Origin: Anthoceros angustus
Taxonomy: Eukaryota; Plantae; Anthocerotophyta
NCBI GenBank assembly: GCA_010909165.1
Contig: VJWM01000108.1
Coordinates: forward strand, 434,001-498,000
Length of the DNA: 64,000 bases
Reading direction: 5' to 3'
The first letter of the stretch is position 1, and each line of letters opens with the position of its first letter. Made by a program: the position numbers and the translations under genes. Positions 60,540 to 64,000 of the stretch are shown here, piece after piece. The notes under the pieces were generated by a model. It had not been told where the DNA came from and ran no database searches. It saw nothing but the letters and a program-made list of their open reading frames with translations.

Positions 60540-61065
60540 GTCTAGCTTCAGAGCATGACAAGTTAGCGACAGCAAATCCGGGCAGTTAGTGCAGAGCCAG
60601 AGTGTGGCAAGCTCGCTAGCTGATAAGCCGCAGGCGAGCTCGGCCTGCCGTGAGGCTGGCCTTGGCTGGTTGGCCTGCAACCGATCCCGCTATAGCGCAC
60701 CATAATATTCGCTATGGTGGGACAGCTGACAAAGCCGACAAAGCCTGATACATAAAGTGTTCCCTTGTAAAACCGTCTTTGCACCCGTTCCCGTTTCTCC
60801 TTCGATATGGCGTGGATCGCCGAAGTCCCAAAGGGACGCGTCGCTATATCCATATTTCATAAAGTTATGTTTTAGTAGTCTATTCTCTGCGTCTAATGTG
60901 TGTCCAAATGGCTTAGGCCAAATGGACACACATTTATAAGAACGCCGTGATTAAGCATCCTGAGCCTAGATCGGTACTTAGATGGGGTGCCTAAAGGGAG
61001 TGGATGCCCTTGGTGCAAGTAGCTTAGGCACACCATGGTACAAGTTGTCAAGTACCAAGTCCCAT

Positions 61066-61118
61066 GACGGAAATCCGTCCTTAGTGGACTCAAATAAAAT
61101 TCTTCTTCTTCTTCTTCT
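61066..61118 (+). mobile_element. 3' end of a non-LTR retroelement (same family as 49536-49588), upstream of the SS6 start; 5' extent unknown
   Basis: gacggaaatccgtccttagtggactcaaataaaa(ttc)6, one mismatch from the copy at 49536. Confidence 0.55.
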
Positions 61119-61866
61119 AAGGATTCAGCCTGCGGGAGGAGAGTGATTTTTCATGCTTCCTCGAAATAATAATGATGATAATAATTTTTTTATTATTAGT
61201 ATTTTTATTTGTAAAGGCAAAACTCAGTTCTTTGGAGTCATGACAAGATGAAGGTGTGGAGCCAAGGCTTAGGCTTTTATTTGAACCCATATATGTGGTA
61301 GCGAAGGGGCTCTTAGTTTTCAAAAGAACTTCATTAAGAAGTGGGCGAAATTGACAATTTGTAAGGCCTAGAGCCACATCTATAGACCTTACGCGAATAG
61401 GATTAGAGTGCGGATTGATTACCACTTAAACGAAAATATGTAGAAACGCTTAAAAAAATTAGAATTGACAGTCAATCGTATGTGCTTCTCGCCCCTTTTG
61501 CGTTCAATGGAAAGTAGAGCATTATTTTGGTTGCAAAGGACTAGACCACCGAGCTTGCAACTCTATGATAGTAAGCAATTACACGTTCTTGGACTGATCT
61601 GCAGACTTCGTGATAGCAAGCGATTACACATGGTAAGGAGTTTGTTAGTCTACCATCATCTGTCTTGAGGGATATATCATGGATAAAATTTCCTTATTTC
61701 TTTGCCATATGTGATTCCGTGCCACAGTTAGTATGTTTAGTAAAATATTTGCGCCCAAGTTAAAGTCTAAGTTTTATTTGAAAAAATGTCTCGTTGAAGA
61801 ACTCGCTCAAGGGAGTCCGGCAAACTCACAATATGTCCATAGGAAGATCTATTTGCTAGAAATTTC

Positions 61867-62100
61867 ATTACTTGGCCTAGTTGATGCTTAGTTATTTTCA
61901 ATTGCACCTATCATTTCTATCGGGGTTATCTTAGGAGAACAAGGCTTCCGAATAGTGAACACCGCCTTCCACCATGCAAATTACTTGGCCTAGTTGATGC
62001 TTAGTTATTTTCAATTGCACCTATCATTTCTATCGGGGTTATCTTAGGAGAACAAGGCTTCCGAATAGTGAACACCGCCTTCCACCATGCAAATTACTTG
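61867..62100. repeat. Perfect 113-bp tandem duplication
   Basis: attacttggcctagttgatgc..ccttccaccatgcaa starts at 61867 and 61980, and a third start attacttg is at 62093. Confidence 0.92.
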
Positions 62101-63088
62101 ACGCAAGCGAACAGAAAAGCAACCGAGGAAGCAAAACATATGGCAAACACAAGTACATATGTGCCTAGGGACAATGCTAGACAAGGCTTGGCATCCAACA
62201 AAAGAACATGCCTACTAACTTTTGGACATACGCCAATTGTATGACCGGCAAAAGTACCTTGCTACAATGCAATACAAGGGGAGCATCCAATTTCCAACTA
62301 CCATCCATCTTTGAGTTTCTAGATTCTTAGTTTTCTCATCGGAAACTGGCTTCCACCATTTATCGCCAAGAAAATCAGAAATACGAGGCGGTTCTCATGA
62401 GGTTAAATTGTTTTTACGCACTTTTTTTAATGAATTTGGATATTTTATAGATAATTAGAATTCACACCGAGGTCTATTGTTGCAAGTGCCTCAAAAGAGG
62501 ATTTTAGTGTATCTTCCGAACCCAGCATATTCTAGGGGCTAAATGGCAAGGAAAGGCACTTCGTAAATATATGCTGCCTCGAGCTCCACCATCGTTGAAA
62601 TTCAATGTTCAATCAAGTAGTCGTAGTCGCATCTCCACACACATAATGTGTGTCTGGTTTGTTTTGCAGTTACATATATAGATAGGAGTTCCTGGCCCGG
62701 TTATGGCAAACAATGATTTTGCTAGGAATTGAAAAAGAATTGTGCACCATCTTTTGACGAGAGCTCACACTTTAAGAGAATAAGGTTTCAAACCTACTCA
62801 ACGAACATAACCCCACCTCAACGAGGTTGTTAACCCACTTGATTTAGATGTGAAGAAGGCTTTTAATAGCCTTCTGGCTTGATCAGCTCTAGCTTTATTT
62901 TCTCTTGAGGTCATCACTATTTTGTTCGCATTTATGTCTACAATGCTCATCATGGCGGTGCCCTACGTCCGTTCGATTCGCGGTAGAGAGATATTTCTCT
63001 ATAACGTCCGAGTGGTGTCCTTCTTTTCGGCTTCGGGTTTTTAATGTTAGTATTTTTTGCACAGCGAGATTCTGTCTTCTAAAAGACC

Positions 63089-63213
63089 TGGAGACAATGC
63101 TCAATGGAGAAAATGCTCAATGGAGAAAATGCTCAATGGAGACAATGCTCAATGGAGACAATGCTCAATGGAGACAATGCCCAATGGAGACAATGCTCAA
63201 TGGAGACAATGCT
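63089..63213. repeat. 16-bp minisatellite, ~7.8 copies
   Basis: Repeated TGGAGA(C/A)AATGC(T/C)CAA. Confidence 0.95.
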
Positions 63214-64000
63214 TGAAAGACTTTGAATCGTGCCAAGGTTTTGTTTCGCATTGTGTGTATCTTGTCAAGCTTTGTTTCTCTAGTCGCATTTATAGTTGTT
63301 GCAAACACTCCGGCGGCAGATGATCTCGAAGCGCCAGTCTCCTTTGAAGGATTTAGAACAGTACTAGTATTGTAGGGTTGCTAATTTGTGCATCGTCAAC
63401 AAGAAAAACCAGCTGGTGAATTGCCTTGCAATGGAGAGAATTTGCTAATGGATTTTTTTGGTTTTCCCCTAAAATTCAAATGTGTGGTTGTAGTTGAGAA
63501 AATTTGCATTGTTTGATTTTCCCATTAACAAATATATATGTAGATGTAGTGGAAGAAATTGATTGCCTATTAAGAAGTGCTGATAGTTTTTCCAATTGTT
63601 GAGCAAGGTTAAGGGGATAGTAGCTTTCATTGCGATGGAACGTATGAGCTCCACATATCAGCGAGCATTGATTCACATATCAATTTTGCTCTTGATTTAC
63701 TCCATGAAGAAGATAATAACAAGGAAACCACCTAAAGAATGAAAGTTGGTCTAGATGTCTAGAATCTACATCTTGTAGCTTCCATGCAATTGCAAGAGTA
63801 AGTGCACCATGTAAATGTCAAAGTACCCAGCCAACCTCTATGGCTCTACGATAAACCTACCAGCCAACGAGCTTCAGACCGCTACTTATACATACGCCGA
63901 TGCAGCTACTATCCTCGCTGGCCCTTACTATCATCGTCATCCCAGGGTAAAAAGTTCACGATTTTGGTAATGCAACTTAACGCCACTAATCATAACTACA

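Noticed and set aside
62370-62420. Mariner-like terminus (TACGAGG..)
   Set aside because: No inverted partner or transposase was found in the window.
62905-63323. Repeat-protein ORFs (METMLNGDNAQWRQCS)n
   Set aside because: These are translations of the 16-bp minisatellite in shifting frames, with no evidence of coding.

Overview
Eukaryotic nuclear DNA from a land plant, most plausibly a non-seed lineage such as a hornwort, lycophyte or fern. That assignment is inferred from the PLS-E+ PPR gene, the single-domain DUF26 gene and the compact introns. The first ~49.5 kb is a nest of transposons. (1) A minus-strand Athila-like Ty3/Gypsy element has a tRNA-Asp-type PBS and a long extra ORF after pol. 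A second, truncated copy appears to share its LTR. (2) There are several Copia fragments. (3) A complete 17,175-bp CACTA-superfamily element with CCCTA termini (29-bp perfect TIRs, AAC target duplication) sits inside the protease region of a plus-strand Copia. (4) A degraded DDE transposase resembles the IS3EU 'integrase core' family known mainly from animals and fungi. One AT-rich host gene, a secreted Gnk2/DUF26-like protein, lies among the TEs. From 50.4 to 60.5 kb there is a clean gene cluster: a P-class PPR and a PLS-E PPR arranged head to head, and a multi-exon starch synthase VI-like gene. That gene carries an in-frame, microhomology-bounded duplication of its last exons. At least eight 0.1-1.2 kb tandem duplications occur across the window, and TE ORFs are indel-rich while host ORFs are clean. 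Some of this structure may therefore be long-read assembly artefact. No CRISPR, rRNA or tRNA genes were found.
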